Shown here one piece after another: positions 1 through 11,712 of a DNA stretch of 43,072 nt. Made by a program: the position numbers and the translations under genes. Source of the DNA: Octopus bimaculoides. Lineage: Eukaryota. Under the pieces are notes generated by a model. The model was given only the letters and a program-made list of their open reading frames with translations. It searched no databases and had not been told where the DNA came from. The stretch lies in contig NC_068982.1 in assembly GCF_001194135.2 (NCBI RefSeq), positions 77,706,308 to 77,749,379 of the forward strand. Reading direction: 5' to 3'. The number at the start of each line of letters is the position of its first letter. Within the stretch, counting starts at the first letter, position 1.

Positions 1-326
1 TATTCTTTGTAAGTCTAGTACTTATTCTATCGGTCTCTTTTGCCGAACCGCTAAGTTACGGGGACCTAAACACACCAGCATCGGTTGTCAAGCAATGCTA
101 GGGGGACAAACACACACACATATACATATATATATATACATACATATATATATACATATATACGATGGGCTTCTTTCAGTTTCTGTCTACCAAATCCACT
201 CACAAGGCTTTGGTCGGCCCGAGGCTATAGTAGAAGACACTTGCCCAAGGTGCCACGCAGTGGGACTGAACCTGGAACCATGTGGTTGGTAAGCAAGCTA
301 CTTACCACACAGCCACTCCTGCACCT
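1..326 (-). mobile_element. tRNA-derived composite SINE, CpG-intact (young) copy, truncated by the window edge
   Basis: The minus strand reads AGGTGCAGGAGTGGCTGTGTGGTAAG...GGTTCCAGGTTCAGTCCCACTGCGTGGCACCTTGGGCAAGTGTCTTCTACTATAG (pol III box A/B-like head), then a (TA/CA)n linker, then a 3' module. The same modules recur at 18781-19166 and 25350-25790. Confidence 0.85.
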
Positions 327-642
327 ATACATAAGGTTAAGTTATAAATATAAATACTCACATATATATATACATACTTTTACATATACATACATATACG
401 TACACTTAAATGTACATACATAAATGCCTGTATATACATACAAATGAATCAATTATTATAATTATTATTATTATTATTAGATGCATTATATTATTCATAT
501 TATATAAAATGTAAACAGAGGTATGAGAAAGTTATAAGAGGAGTAATATTGTAATTTATAAAAAGAATATATCCTAAAATTTTAGTTATGTAAGAATGAA
601 ACTGTGTATATATGAGGAGCACACATATATACACACATACAT

Positions 643-1197
643 ATCATCATCATCATCGTTTAACATCTGCCTTCCATGCAAGCATGGGTTGGATGATTTG
701 ACTGAGGACTGGCGAACCAGATGGCTGCACCAGGCTCCAATCTGATCTGGCAGAGTTTCTACAGCTGGATGCCCTTCCTAATGCCAACCACTCAGAGAGT
801 GTAGTGGATGCTTTTACGTGCCACCGGCATGAAGGCCAGTCAGGCGGTACCGGCTACGCTCGAAATGGTGTATTTTATGTGCCACCTGCTCAGGAGCCAG
901 TCCAGCGGCACTGGCAACAACCTTCCTGGGCCTACCTCTTCCACGGGTTCCCTCAACTGTTAGGGAGTGGCACTTTTTCACGCAGCTATCCTCATTCATT
1001 CTCACCACATGTCCAAACCAGCGCAATCGTCTCTCTTGCACACCACAACTGATGCTTCTTATGTTCAGCTTTTCTCTCAAGATACTTACACTCTGATGGG
1101 TATGCACATTTACATTACACATCCAGCGGAGCATACTGGCTTCATTCCTTGCGAGCTTACGCATGTCCTCAGCAGTCACAGCCCATGTTTCACTGCC
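643..1197 (-). mobile_element. RTE-clade LINE 3' fragment (ORF C-terminus plus 3' UTR and (GAT)n tail), internally deleted
   Basis: 1197-922 translates to GSETWAVTAEDMRKLARNEASMLRWMC...QERRLRWFGHVVRM...GTRGRGRPRK, typical RTE post-RT motifs (YGSETW, EMRMLRW, RRLRWFGHV, RGRPK). It joins directly to a 3' UTR ending in ACCCATGC...GTTAAACGATGATGATG. Confidence 0.9.
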
Positions 1198-1959
1198 NNN
1201 NNNNNNNNNNNNNNNNNNNNNNNNNNNNNNNNNNNNNNNNNNNNNNNNNNNNNNNNNNNNNNNNNNNNNNNNNNNNNNNNNNNNNNNNNNNNNNNNNNNN
1301 NNNNNNNNNNNNNNNNNNNNNNNNNNNNNNNNNNNNNNNNNNNNNNNNNNNNNNNNNNNNNNNNNNNNNNNNNNNNNNNNNNNNNNNNNNNNNNNNNNNN
1401 NNNNNNNNNNNNNNNNNNNNNNNNNNNNNNNNNNNNNNNNNNNNNNNNNNNNNNNNNNNNNNNNNNNNNNNNNNNNNNNNNNNNNNNNNNNNNNNNNNNN
1501 NNNNNNNNNNNNNNNNNNNNNNNNNNNNNNNNNNNNNNNNNNNNNNNNNNNNNATAAAGGTTAACGCGTGCGTTCTGTCGTGATACAAACAATATATGAG
1601 TATATGCATATATATGTACATGTATGTACATACCTTCATCTACATGTACATATAGATACATAACTGGGTACATGACGTGGCAAAAGAACATGGACAAAAT
1701 GATAAACAAGGTACAACAAACAAGCAAGCCACATAGAAACATGTCCTTCATCAGCTGCCACCATTAAAACACCGGCGTTTCAAAGAATTAAGGCAGTACG
1801 CATCGTTGAAATGGTTCTTCCCACGAACACAAATTAAATTTTTTTTGTGGAGGGTAGTGGCGGACGGAAAACAAGACAGGAAAATGAAACGGTGAATAAT
1901 ATGTATATATATATACATATATATATGGATATATATGTATATATATGTATATATTTATA

Positions 1960-2110
1960 TAGTGAGAATTTACAAAAAAAACAAAAGATGAACACGGGTG
2001 TGAAAACAACAAACTGATGTATTAGTTTAACACTCGGGAAGTGAGAAAGTCTTTGACGCTTCAAGCCTACGCTCTTCGACAGAGAGGAACACAGAAATAA
2101 ACAGGGACAG
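1960..2110 (-). mobile_element. Probable Penelope-like element terminal fragment with a degenerate minimal hammerhead-like motif
   Basis: Minus strand 2084-2051 reads CTCTGTCGAAGAGCGTAGGCTTGAAGCGTCAAAG. A homologous copy lies at 9200-9375 on the + strand. The family assignment is inferred. Confidence 0.4.
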
Positions 2111-2377
2111 AAAATAAAATAGGTTTAGCAATCTATCATGGCAAATGCTGGACAGAGGGGTCACACAGGAGAACTAGGAAGAAGGGGAGATAATAATGTA
2201 GTGGTGATCCCAAAACGAAGGTGTGCGTGCATGTGACCAGTAGAATAAGTACTGGATTTACAAAGAATAAGTCCTGGAGTCAATTTGTTTGACTAAAGTT
2301 GATACTCCAGCATGGCCACAGTCAAATGACTGAAGCAAGTAAAAGAAATAAAAGAAATATATAATACATATATATAT

Positions 2378-2779
2378 ATCATCATCATTTAACGTCCGCT
2401 TTCCATACTAGCATGGGTTGGACGATTTGACTGAGGACTGGTGAAACCAGATGGCTACACCAGGCTCCAATCTGATTTGGCAGAATTTCTACAGCTGGCT
2501 GCCCTTTCTTATGCCAACCACTCAGAGAGTGTAGTGGGTGCTTTTACGTGCCACCAGCATGAAGGCTAGTCAGGTGGTACTGGCAACGGCCACACTCAAA
2601 ATGATGTATTTTACGTGCCACCTCCACAGGAGCCAGTTCGGCGGCACTGGCGACGATCTCACTCGAATGTTTTTACACGTGCCACCAGCACAGGTGCCAG
2701 GAAGGCAATGTTGGGCACAGGTGCCATGACGATTTCGCTTTCGCTTGCCCCAATAGGTCTTCACAAGCCGAGTTTCGTG

Positions 2780-2781
<2 letters not shown>
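2378..2781 (-). mobile_element. 5'-truncated RTE LINE 3' UTR copy
   Basis: Same tail, core and tandem GTGGCACGT(A/G)AAA units as 643-921 and 33091-33735; three units present. Confidence 0.85.
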
Positions 2782-2819
<38 letters not shown>

Positions 2820-3024
2820 AAATATATACACACACATATATATTTATCTTTGTTTTTATGTGAAGCTAGGTATAAAAACAATTTAACATTAAACTGATGG
2901 ATAACTGTGTACTTTTAGTAGAATAAACATATATTAAACCTTTACAAGGAAAAGTTCAACATTGACTATGAAGTGTAATATATATGTGTGCAGTGTGTGT
3001 GTATATGTATGTATGTATGTATAT

Positions 3025-3350
3025 ATCATCATCATCGTTTAACGCCCGTTTTCCATGCTGGCATGGGTTGGACGTTTCGATTGGGGTTTGGGAAGCCAGG
3101 AGGCTGCACCATGTCCCAATCTTGTCTGGCAGTGTTTCTACAGCTGTATGGCCTTCCTAAAGCCAACCACTCCGAGAGTGTAGTGGATGCTTTTTACGTG
3201 CCACTGGAACAAGGGGGTAGAGGAGCTGGCATTGACCATGATCAGATGGTGCTTTTTACGTGCCACCAGTATGGAAGCCAGTCAAGGCGGCACTGGCATC
3301 GGCCACGTTCGGATCGTGCTTTTTACGTGCTACTGGCATGGGGCTCACAA
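3025..3350 (-). mobile_element. 5'-truncated RTE LINE 3' UTR copy
   Basis: The + strand shows a (CAT)n tail, TTTAACGCCCGTTTTCCATGCTGGCATGGGTTGG, the core and three TTTTACGTGC units. Confidence 0.8.
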
Positions 3351-4096
3351 CTACAATTTCCATATTTATATATATTATATGTTACAAAATAATTTGCAGA
3401 GATAGAGAAAGCAATTCACAGAGACAGAACACCAACACACGCACTTTGGGAGACAACATACCCAGATAGCACTATAAGTATTGATTTGAATTCATCCTAT
3501 TCTGTTTATACACTCACACATATATTACAGATGAGAGCACAGAATAATATGTAGATATATAGATTAAGATAGTAATCTCAGTGTGTGATCACATGTCATG
3601 ACAGAGAAAGCTATGAAAGTTAGTCATCTCATCAAAAGATAAAACGCTTCATTAGTACAATCTTACAATAAATGCCATTTCTCAATATTTTGGGAAAAGT
3701 GGACTATGATATTTTTGCTTTTTGTGAGAAGATGACCATTGCACGACAACCTAGAATAGCATAGCATATATATGTACTTATGTGTGTGTGTGTGTGTGTA
3801 TGCTATCATGTATGTGGTGTGTGAATTTATAGCTTTTTGTACATAGTTTTGTTACACACACACATATACATGATACATATATAATTGATTATAATTACAT
3901 TGAATATAAAAAAATTATTGGAGTAGAAATCAACACCAGATCTTGAGTAGTGTTATATATATGTGTGTGTGTGTGTGTATCAGATAAATATAGATATAAA
4001 TGAGTGGCTAACTAATGTCAACTGCTTGAAAGTTTCAAATATGCAAAAATAAGCCATTTTACTAATACATATATATATGAGTGTGTGTGTATATTA

Positions 4097-4135
<39 letters not shown>

Positions 4136-4449
4136 NNNNNNNNNNNNNNNNNNNNNNNNNNNNNNNNNNNNNNNNNNNNNNNNNNNNNNNNNNNNNNNNN
4201 NNNNNNNNNNNNNNNNNNNNNNNNNNNNNNNNNNNTATATATGTATATATATATATTATTATTATTATTAGAAGAATTGAAGCTATGTGTGTGTGTGTGT
4301 GTATAGCTAGTTATACAATCTCAAGAAGAGATAGTGTAGTAATGTATGTGTGTATATATATATATATATATCGACTTTAAATATATATATATACATATAT
4401 ATAGATAGATAGATTCAAAAGAAAGGAATATCATAAAGAAATGTCTTAC

Positions 4450-4544
4450 CATACGAGATGCACGACGATCATGATGACGGCAGGTACAACGAGATCGTCG
4501 GATCCGATGGACCACCTTCGTTTAAATACCACTAAACCAGGCAT
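4450..4544 (-). CDS. DAGLA: Diacylglycerol lipase (DAGL, alpha-like), first coding exon, 95 nt; downstream exons lie left of the window or in N-gaps
   Basis: ATG at 4544 with A at -3 gives MPGLVVFKRRWSIGSDDLVVPAVIMIVVHLV(W), followed by a phase-2 donor TG|GTAAGA at 4449. This matches the human DAGLA N-terminus as I recall it (MPGIVVFRRRWSVGSDDLVLPAIFLFLLHTTW) better than DAGLB ([22 protein letters not shown]). Confidence 0.9.
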
Positions 4545-4879
4545 CGTGTACTCAGAATGTTTTATTCAGGCTGGTCGTAGAATATCCGGAAATATGTATG
4601 CATTTGTTATTTATTCCATTTCATTTCATCCTTTCATATGGTAGGCGAAAATCTTTCCGAAAATATTTGGTTAAAATGCCTCCGAAATAAATCCATGATG
4701 ACCACAGCGAAGTTATATTGCAATATAACTGGGTTGTTTCAGTTGGATACTTTGATTTTTTTTACTTTCCACTGCTGTTCGTCGATTTATGTACGGTAGT
4801 GGTTGATCTGTTTGTTGTTGATATTTAGTACTGAGAGTTTTACCTTGCTTTGCCAGAGAAATCCTAGCTGCAGTCACCC

Positions 4880-5030
4880 AACAACAGCCGCCTCCGCTGT
4901 TGCCGCTGCCGCCGCCGCGATGCAACCGAGTCGTCTGCTTCGCTGCTGGCAATGCGCGCGCACATCTCTGACGTCACAACCGGAAATGGATGTCTGAAGC
5001 TGGTTGACGCCAATTAAACCACACGACCAG
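4880..5030. promoter_or_regulatory. Candidate bidirectional promoter shared by DAGL (-) and EXT2 (+)
   Basis: CpG-rich segment in AT-rich DNA. It contains the palindrome TGCGCGCGCA (4953-4962), a full CRE TGACGTCA (4969-4976), an ETS-like AACCGGAAAT (4978-4987) and CCAAT (5010-5014). A GCC/GCT-rich tract lies at 4887-4920. Confidence 0.65.
4985..5030 (+). other. EXT2: Candidate short non-coding first exon of EXT2 (start approximate)
   Basis: Donor CCAG|GTAAAT at 5030/5031 just downstream of the promoter motifs. Candidate acceptors precede the EXT2 ATG (TCTTTCTTTTTCAG at 9894; ACCAG at 9925). Human EXT2 also has a non-coding exon 1. Confidence 0.5.
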
Positions 5031-7204
5031 GTAAATGGCTTTTGCTTATCGTCTCATTCATCAATGTTTTTCTTATTAATTCCACCCACAAACTTATTAA
5101 CTATACTTCTAACTTCATCTGGTGCTTGGAATTATATACGAAGTTGATTATTTATAGTCGTTAATGTGTTATTTGTTGACACATCTACGATCATAGATCA
5201 TTTGTTGGATGTCATTTTCTTTACACATTTTAAAATTTTAATTTAATTGATGTGAGAGAAAGGAAAGTCTAATAATTAACATCCTCGTACCCTACATAGA
5301 TACGAAGGACTATGTCAAAATCATTAGACTTTTCCCTCTTTCTCCGCTTTCCAACTGTATATATTCTTCAGTAATTATTGCCGACACAGACAAACCTCCA
5401 CTTGCTTCATCGGACCTTAATGTTTACTTTATCAAAATACTTTTCTCTGGTCGCTAGTGATATTAGCTTTACATTGGAACTAACTATATTTTCAGGAGAT
5501 TCGATAAATGTCTTGATATATCAAAATTGGAAATTATCAATTCCTTTGAGATTATTGAATTATTTCTCTTGGGACCATAACAGATGAAACGACTTAGGAT
5601 CCCAACTTATTGTTTTTGTTATTGTTTTCTTTGTGATATCTTTAATTTACCCCGAAATAACATTAACATTTGTTATCAGTTAATCTCATTCTGGAATTTA
5701 GAAGAGTATTAACCTGTTGTTTTCTCGTTATCTTACTCAGCAGTCTTGGAATTCTCTGTCGAAGAAATTATCGGACAGGAAATAAATATCTTAAAATTCC
5801 ATCTTCGTTGTAATCTTCAAAGTAATTACGTTTCTCACATCTGTTCTTAGGAACAAAATTGAAATAGTCCTCCTCCACCTTTGTTTTATGAATTTTGACA
5901 AAACTTCGACAACAACCTCCTCAATCTTCTGAAGATTGAAATAACATCGAATGGGATATTTTGTCGATGAAGATAAATTTGGTAATCAAGGAATCTCGAT
6001 TTGATTTCTCCTTTAAAAAAGCAACTTATTTAGTTTCTTAACTCTTGAAATATATTCTGAATGCTCTTAGGAAGAAAGAAAATGCTTGGTACATAATTTC
6101 ATTTCTTTTTCCAAGTGTCATATTTTGGTAAGCAGCCATCATCATCATCATTATTAGGCTATCTACCAATGTTAACCAATTTCGGCCCCGCTTTTTGGAT
6201 AATTTAACATTCATTATATCGCTAATATTACTCTTGAGAAACGTATGATCACAGTCACAAACCTGCTTCTTATCTACTTAAGAAACATTAATTAAAACTG
6301 TAAATTATTTTAAATCAAGGGGCACCTACTTACGCGCATTGGGGGTTATTAAAATAAAAGATTTAAGCTTTTATAGACAATATCTGTGTATTATGATCCC
6401 AGTTCATTTCTGCTCTGAAATATTTGTTTACTTATATTTAGTTTAATTGTATTATCTAATCCTAGCTATTCCCATTACTTGTATCATTTTACCAATTCCA
6501 CAGAGATGACTGGACATTATAATAAAACTATTTGACAAGTTTTATTATAATTTAGCATCTTAAAGTTTAATTTTGAAAATTATTTATTTAAATAATCAAG
6601 CGCTGTTTATAGTTGGTATATTTGCAGGACACGTTACATACAATGTCATCTTTGTTTTTCCCAGCAGTATAGCAACTCATGCTATAACCTTGTGAAATTA
6701 AAACATTACTTAAAATTTGTCACTAGTTTTAAATTGTTAAATTCCTTTTCGGTTCTAGATACCATTTTAATATGTTCAACGGAAGTGAACAGACAAACCA
6801 CAGGAAGCATGTGTACATTATCTAAATATCTTCAGACAACAGCTATCCTACACATTCACCATTATCTATGTATTTTTAGATAAATATAAAGATGTATAAA
6901 CTTTAAACTGACGTTTCCCGAATTCAAGACAAACAGATGGCGCGTTTGGAGTTCAGGGCATTCGTGTCAAGTGAAGAGATATTGTTCAGTTCCATTAGTG
7001 TATACTTTTACCTTTTACTTGTTTCAGCTACCGGTCTACGGCCATGCTAGGGCACCTCCTTCGAGTGTTTAGCCGAACAAATACATCTCTCCCCTAGTAT
7101 CTGTTATTTTGTTTGCCTCTTTTGCTGAACATCTAAGTTACAAGGATGTAAACAAATCAACACTGGTTGTTAACCGGCGATGGCGGACAAAGACATACAC
7201 ACAC

Positions 7205-8345
7205 ACACATCATAATCATCGTCATTTTAGCGTCCGTTTTCCAATACTGGCATGAATTGGATGGTTTGACAGGACCTGGTGAGCTGTAGGGCTGCATTGT
7301 ACTCCAAGTCAGCTTTGGCATGGTTTCTATGGCAGGATGCCCTTCCAAATATCGACACTTTACAGTGTGTACTGGATGCTATTTTTCGTGCCAAGTAACT
7401 TGCAAGACAGGAAAGGAAAAAAGTCCTTTTAACTAAGTGGGTGAGTTTTTGAGAGGGCAGAGAGGTGGCTTTATGCCAGGGACAAGCAAAGGCCACTTGC
7501 TAACTCTGCAGTTATACAAGGGTGAGTGGGAATATCTGGGAGAAAGATAGGATGGAAGTGATGGAGTGCCATAACATCAAGGAGCAACAAATAGTATGGG
7601 CTGTGTATCAGGAAAGAGAAGTGGTTATAAGTGTGTGTGGGGAGAGTAACAGATAGCTAGAGATAGGGTAGAGGTAATTGTAGTGCGTGATTAACAGGAA
7701 TGGCGGTGTGGCTTGANNNNNNNNNNTGTAGTGCGTGATTAACAGGAATGGCGGTGTGGCTTGACGGGGGGGGGGGGGAATATCAGTAATGACGTGGGGT
7801 TAGGTGAGAGAGACAGAAATGGCTCAGGAATGATGGTCCAGGTACTAGGGGATAATGAACAAGACATAAAAGTAGTGAGGAATGAGATATAGAGATACAT
7901 AAGGGTGGTTGTAGTGAAGTGTGTGTATGGTGGCAGACATAAGTGAGCATTGGGAATGATAGCAGATATGAGAGGTATTAAAATGAAGTATAGCAGAGCA
8001 AAGGAGAAGCAATATAGCTAGAGGTATGTGGGATGGAATGATAATGAGAATGAGGGCTGGAATTGTGTGTGTGTGGTTTGGGTGGGGGAAGGCAGTAACT
8101 GGTAGCATAAAGAGTTAGGGGATGTAATATGTGCCAAGGACAGATGAATGTTGGGGGAAAGGAATGGGTAGGGAGATGCGATGTGGAGAATGCTTGATGG
8201 GGCAGTGTGGGTATAGAGATAAGGACAGGCTTCCATACAGTTTCTGTCTACCAAATCCATTCACTAGGTATTGATCAACCTGGGACTAGACTTGCCCAAT
8301 GTTTCATGCAGTGGGACTGAACCTGAAACTATATGTTTAGCAATT
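7205..8345 (-). mobile_element. Old long SINE-like composite: tRNA-type head, long CT-rich middle, RTE-type 3' tail
   Basis: The + strand shows a (CAT)n/RTE-type tail at 7205-7410, a GA-rich stretch at 7410-8200 and a SINE head at 8225-8345. It is homologous, in opposite orientation, to 13240-14115. Confidence 0.55.
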
Positions 8346-9199
8346 AAATCTATAAATCCATCAGTAGCTTAGGATGAATTATTAGAAATTATTTTAAAAT
8401 CTAGATCATTTGTCATATAAATGGCACTGGCAGACAGAAATGGTACCTAGGTGTCCTTTTAAGTTCTGAGTTTAAATCCTGCTGAGGTCAATTTTGCCTT
8501 CCAGTTTCCTAGGGTCAATAAAATAAGTACCTGTCAAGTAGTGAGGGTGATTTATGTTGTCCCTACTACTGTTCCATAATAACCAAATTTGTGGCCATTT
8601 TTCTGTCCCAGAAACCATCATCTTCTCTACTAGATTTTAGATGTAACCTGTGTCACATCTCTGGCAAAAAGTGTTTTTGCTTAATCAAAACCTAAGCCAA
8701 CAACCAACTGAGATTAGTTATGTTCTTTCATATATTATCACCTTTTTTTTATAAAAAACTTCATTTAGAAGTGCAAAGAAACTATGCCATTGAACTCAGA
8801 TGCAGCCCAATTAGCTATTTTCTTTGTGTCAACCTCTTCTTGCTATTATACAATACACAAGTGTGGCTGTGTAGGTGAGAGGCTTACTTCCCAGGCACTT
8901 GGTTTTAGGTTCAATCCCACTGCATGACATCTCGGGCAACCATCTTCCATGGAGTTTATTTAGGCAGATTTTCTACTGCCAGATGCCCTTCTGGCCACTA
9001 ATCCTCATCTATTTTCAAGCAAGATAATATTTTCCTGTGGCCAGACATGTTTCCATAGAATACTGGAAATGAATGACACTGATTGTATGACAGTGACACT
9101 CATTTGTAACTACCATGCAATGTCAAGGCAAAGTGACACAAGCACTCATGTGCACTTGCATGTTCATACTCACACACATCTCATCATGGTGGACCATTG

Positions 9200-9375
9200 A
9201 ACTCTGTATATTTTTTTTTCATTCTCTCTGTGTTTTTTCCCTCTTAATCCTTTCTGTCAAAGAGCATAGGCTCAAAACATAAATAAATTTTCCACTCTTT
9301 CTGAGCATTAAACTAATACACCTGCTTGTTGTTCCTACATCTGTCATCATCTTTTGTTTTCTGTAAACTTGAACT
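9200..9375 (+). mobile_element. Second copy of the Penelope-like terminal family, CpG-decayed
   Basis: CTTTCTGTCAAAGAGCATAGGCTCAAAACATAAA at 9250-9283 and the downstream TTAAACTAATACA match the 1960-2110 copy. Confidence 0.45.
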
Positions 9376-9927
9376 ATATATATATATATATATNNNNNNN
9401 NNNNNNNNNNNNNNNNNNNNNNNNNNNNNNNNNNNNNNNNNNNNNNNNNNNNNNNNNNNNNNNNNNNNNNNNNNNNNNNNNNNNNNNNNNNNNNNNNNNN
9501 NNNNNNNNNNNNNNNNNNNNNNNNNNNNNNNNNNNNNNNNNNNNNNNNNNNNNNNNNNNNNNNNNNNNNNNNNNNNNNNNNNNNNNNNNNNNNNNNNNNN
9601 NNNNNNNNNNNNNNNNNNNNNNNNNNNNNNNNNNNNNNNNNNNNNNNNNNNNNNNNNNNNNNNNNNNNNNNNNNNNNNNNNNNNNNNNNNNNNNNNNNNN
9701 NNNNNNNNNNNNNNNNNNNNNNNNNNNNNNNNNNNNNNNNNNNNNNNNNNNNNNNNNNNNNNNNNNNNNNNNNNNNNNNNNNNNNNNNNNNNNNNNNNNN
9801 NNNNNNNNNNNNNNNNNNATGTTGTACCTGCACTTTATTTTCTTCATAAAGTTTGCAAATATTTTCAGTTCACATTTTCTTCTTTCTTTTTCAGTTTTTT
9901 TTTTTCTTAAAAAAATAATTACCAGCC

Positions 9928-10430
9928 ATGGTTGGGAGAACTAGAGTGGTGCGAACATTTTATAAAAACAATTACCAATTCTTTATATTAATATTATTGT
10001 TTGTATTACTGCTAAGTGCCATTTTGTTTTGGCCTAATTCAAACAAGCCATCTGAAGTTTACCATTTCAATTTTCAAACTGCTGAAAAAAGTAGAGAAGT
10101 TAAAATCCTGTCAACTAGCTCCCAGCCATTACCTCATAACCAAGACTGCATCTTCCACACATGTATGGATGTTTACCACTGTGGATACAATGATGATACC
10201 AAAATCAGTGTTTACATATATCCTTTTGAAAAATTTGTGGATGAGAAAGGAATTGGTATTTCTCAGCCCATCTCTCCTGAATTTATGGAAATAGTACAGA
10301 CAATTGCTAATAGTCCATTTTATACACTTTCGCCGGAGTCTGCTTGTATATTTGTTCCATCTATTGACATGCTAAATCAAAACACTTTTAGAAGTGAAGA
10401 AATGGGACAAGCCCTTGCAACATTACATTC
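9928..10430 (+). CDS. EXT2: Exostosin-2 (heparan sulfate co-polymerase subunit), first coding exon, 503 nt
   Basis: Kozak GCCATGG. Type II signal-anchor FFILILLFVLLLSAILFW. CIFHTCMDVYHCG, ISVYIYP and ACIFVPSIDMLNQN match EXT2 motifs (CRMHTCFDVYRCG, IKVYIY, ACLFVPSIDVLNQN). Phase-2 donor TC|GTAAGT at 10431. Confidence 0.96.
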
Positions 10431-10452
10431 GTAAGTACTTTTTTTCTATTTT

Positions 10453-10874
10453 CCATCATCATCATCATTATCTAACATTCAATTTCCGATGCTTGCATGG
10501 GTCAGATGGAATTTGTTGAGGCATATTTTCTACAGCTGAGATGCCCTTCTTGCCACCAATTGTCACTTATTTTCAAGCAAGATATTTCCCCATGTTGTGG
10601 TATGTTTTTTTTTGCAGAAGACTGGAAATGAACAGTGTTGCTTGTATGATGGTGATGCTCATTTACAACCATCATATGTCAAGAAAAGGGTATACACATG
10701 CACACACATGACAGGCTTCTTTCAGTTTCTCTCTATCAAATCCATTCACAAGGATTTGGTCAGCCTGGGGGCTCTTGTAGAAATCACCTACCTCAGGTGC
10801 CATGCAGTGGGACAGAACCTGAAATCATGTGGCTTGGAAGCAAACTTCTTAACCACACAATCATGCCTGCATCT
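10453..10874 (-). mobile_element. Composite SINE (tRNA-type head plus RTE-type tail), decayed
   Basis: (CAT)n tail at 10455, GATGCCCTTC core, and head ending TCATGCCTGCATCT; the same layout as 14526-14952. Confidence 0.7.
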
Positions 10875-11712
10875 CAATAAAACTATAACATGTCTGCAGC
10901 TGTCACCTTATCTGCTAACAAAGAACAGATATTTTTTCTCTCCAAGTATGGAAATTTTTTTGGGAATTATCTCCTCTTTTAATCAAGAGTCACAGCTAAC
11001 ACCAGGTTTTGGTTTTCCTTCTCTAACTAAAAAGCAAATTTCAGTTAATTGTTTTATCCTTTACTTGATTTAGTCATTGGACTGCAGCCATGCTGGAGCA
11101 TTGCCTTGAAGGGTCTAGTCAAACAAATCAACTCCAGTATATATTTTTGAAAGTCTGGTTCTTATTCTATCAGTTTCTTTTGCCAAACTGCTAAGTAATG
11201 GGAATGCAAACAAACTTTGTTTGGAAATAAGTGAGAGTTAGTGACAAGAAGGGTATCTCAGCTATAGAAAATATGCCTCAACAAATTCCATCTGACTCAT
11301 GCAGTGTGGGACACACATGTATATATGACAGGTTTCTGCATAGTTTCTGTCTACTAAATTTACTCACAAAGCCTAGATTATAATAGAATATACTTGCCCT
11401 TGATACTGTACAGTGGGACTGAATCTGAAAACCACATGGTTGCAAAGCAAGCCATACTTGCACCTATTTGAAAATTTTTCTGTATGGCATTTAGTATATA
11501 CCCTCTCCCTAATTACTTGATTTGTAACTCTCATTTGTTCACTCCATCTGGCTGAAAGTAGGTATCACTACTGGAAAACTAGCAAATGTTTCATTTACTT
11601 TACAATACTGATTTTAACTTCTTTTAAGGGTATGATGCACCCTTCACAGGCACACACATGTGGCAAAAATCATAGGAATGTTGGGTTTTCTGTTTCTCAT
11701 TTGTTATTATTA

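Noticed and set aside
1735-1790. GAAAC...CTGATGA on the - strand as a type II hammerhead
   Set aside because: The triplet after helix III reads GTG (not cleavable) and no helix I can form.
4713-4997. ORFs 4713-4952 (-) and 4803-4997 (+) with poly-Ala/Gly
   Set aside because: They start at non-ATG codons, have no recognisable homology, and are by-products of the GC-rich UTR/promoter tract.
7679-7764. 38-bp direct repeat on both sides of a 10-N gap
   Set aside because: Identical sequence on either side of a minimal gap is the signature of unmerged overlapping contig ends, so it is an assembly artefact.
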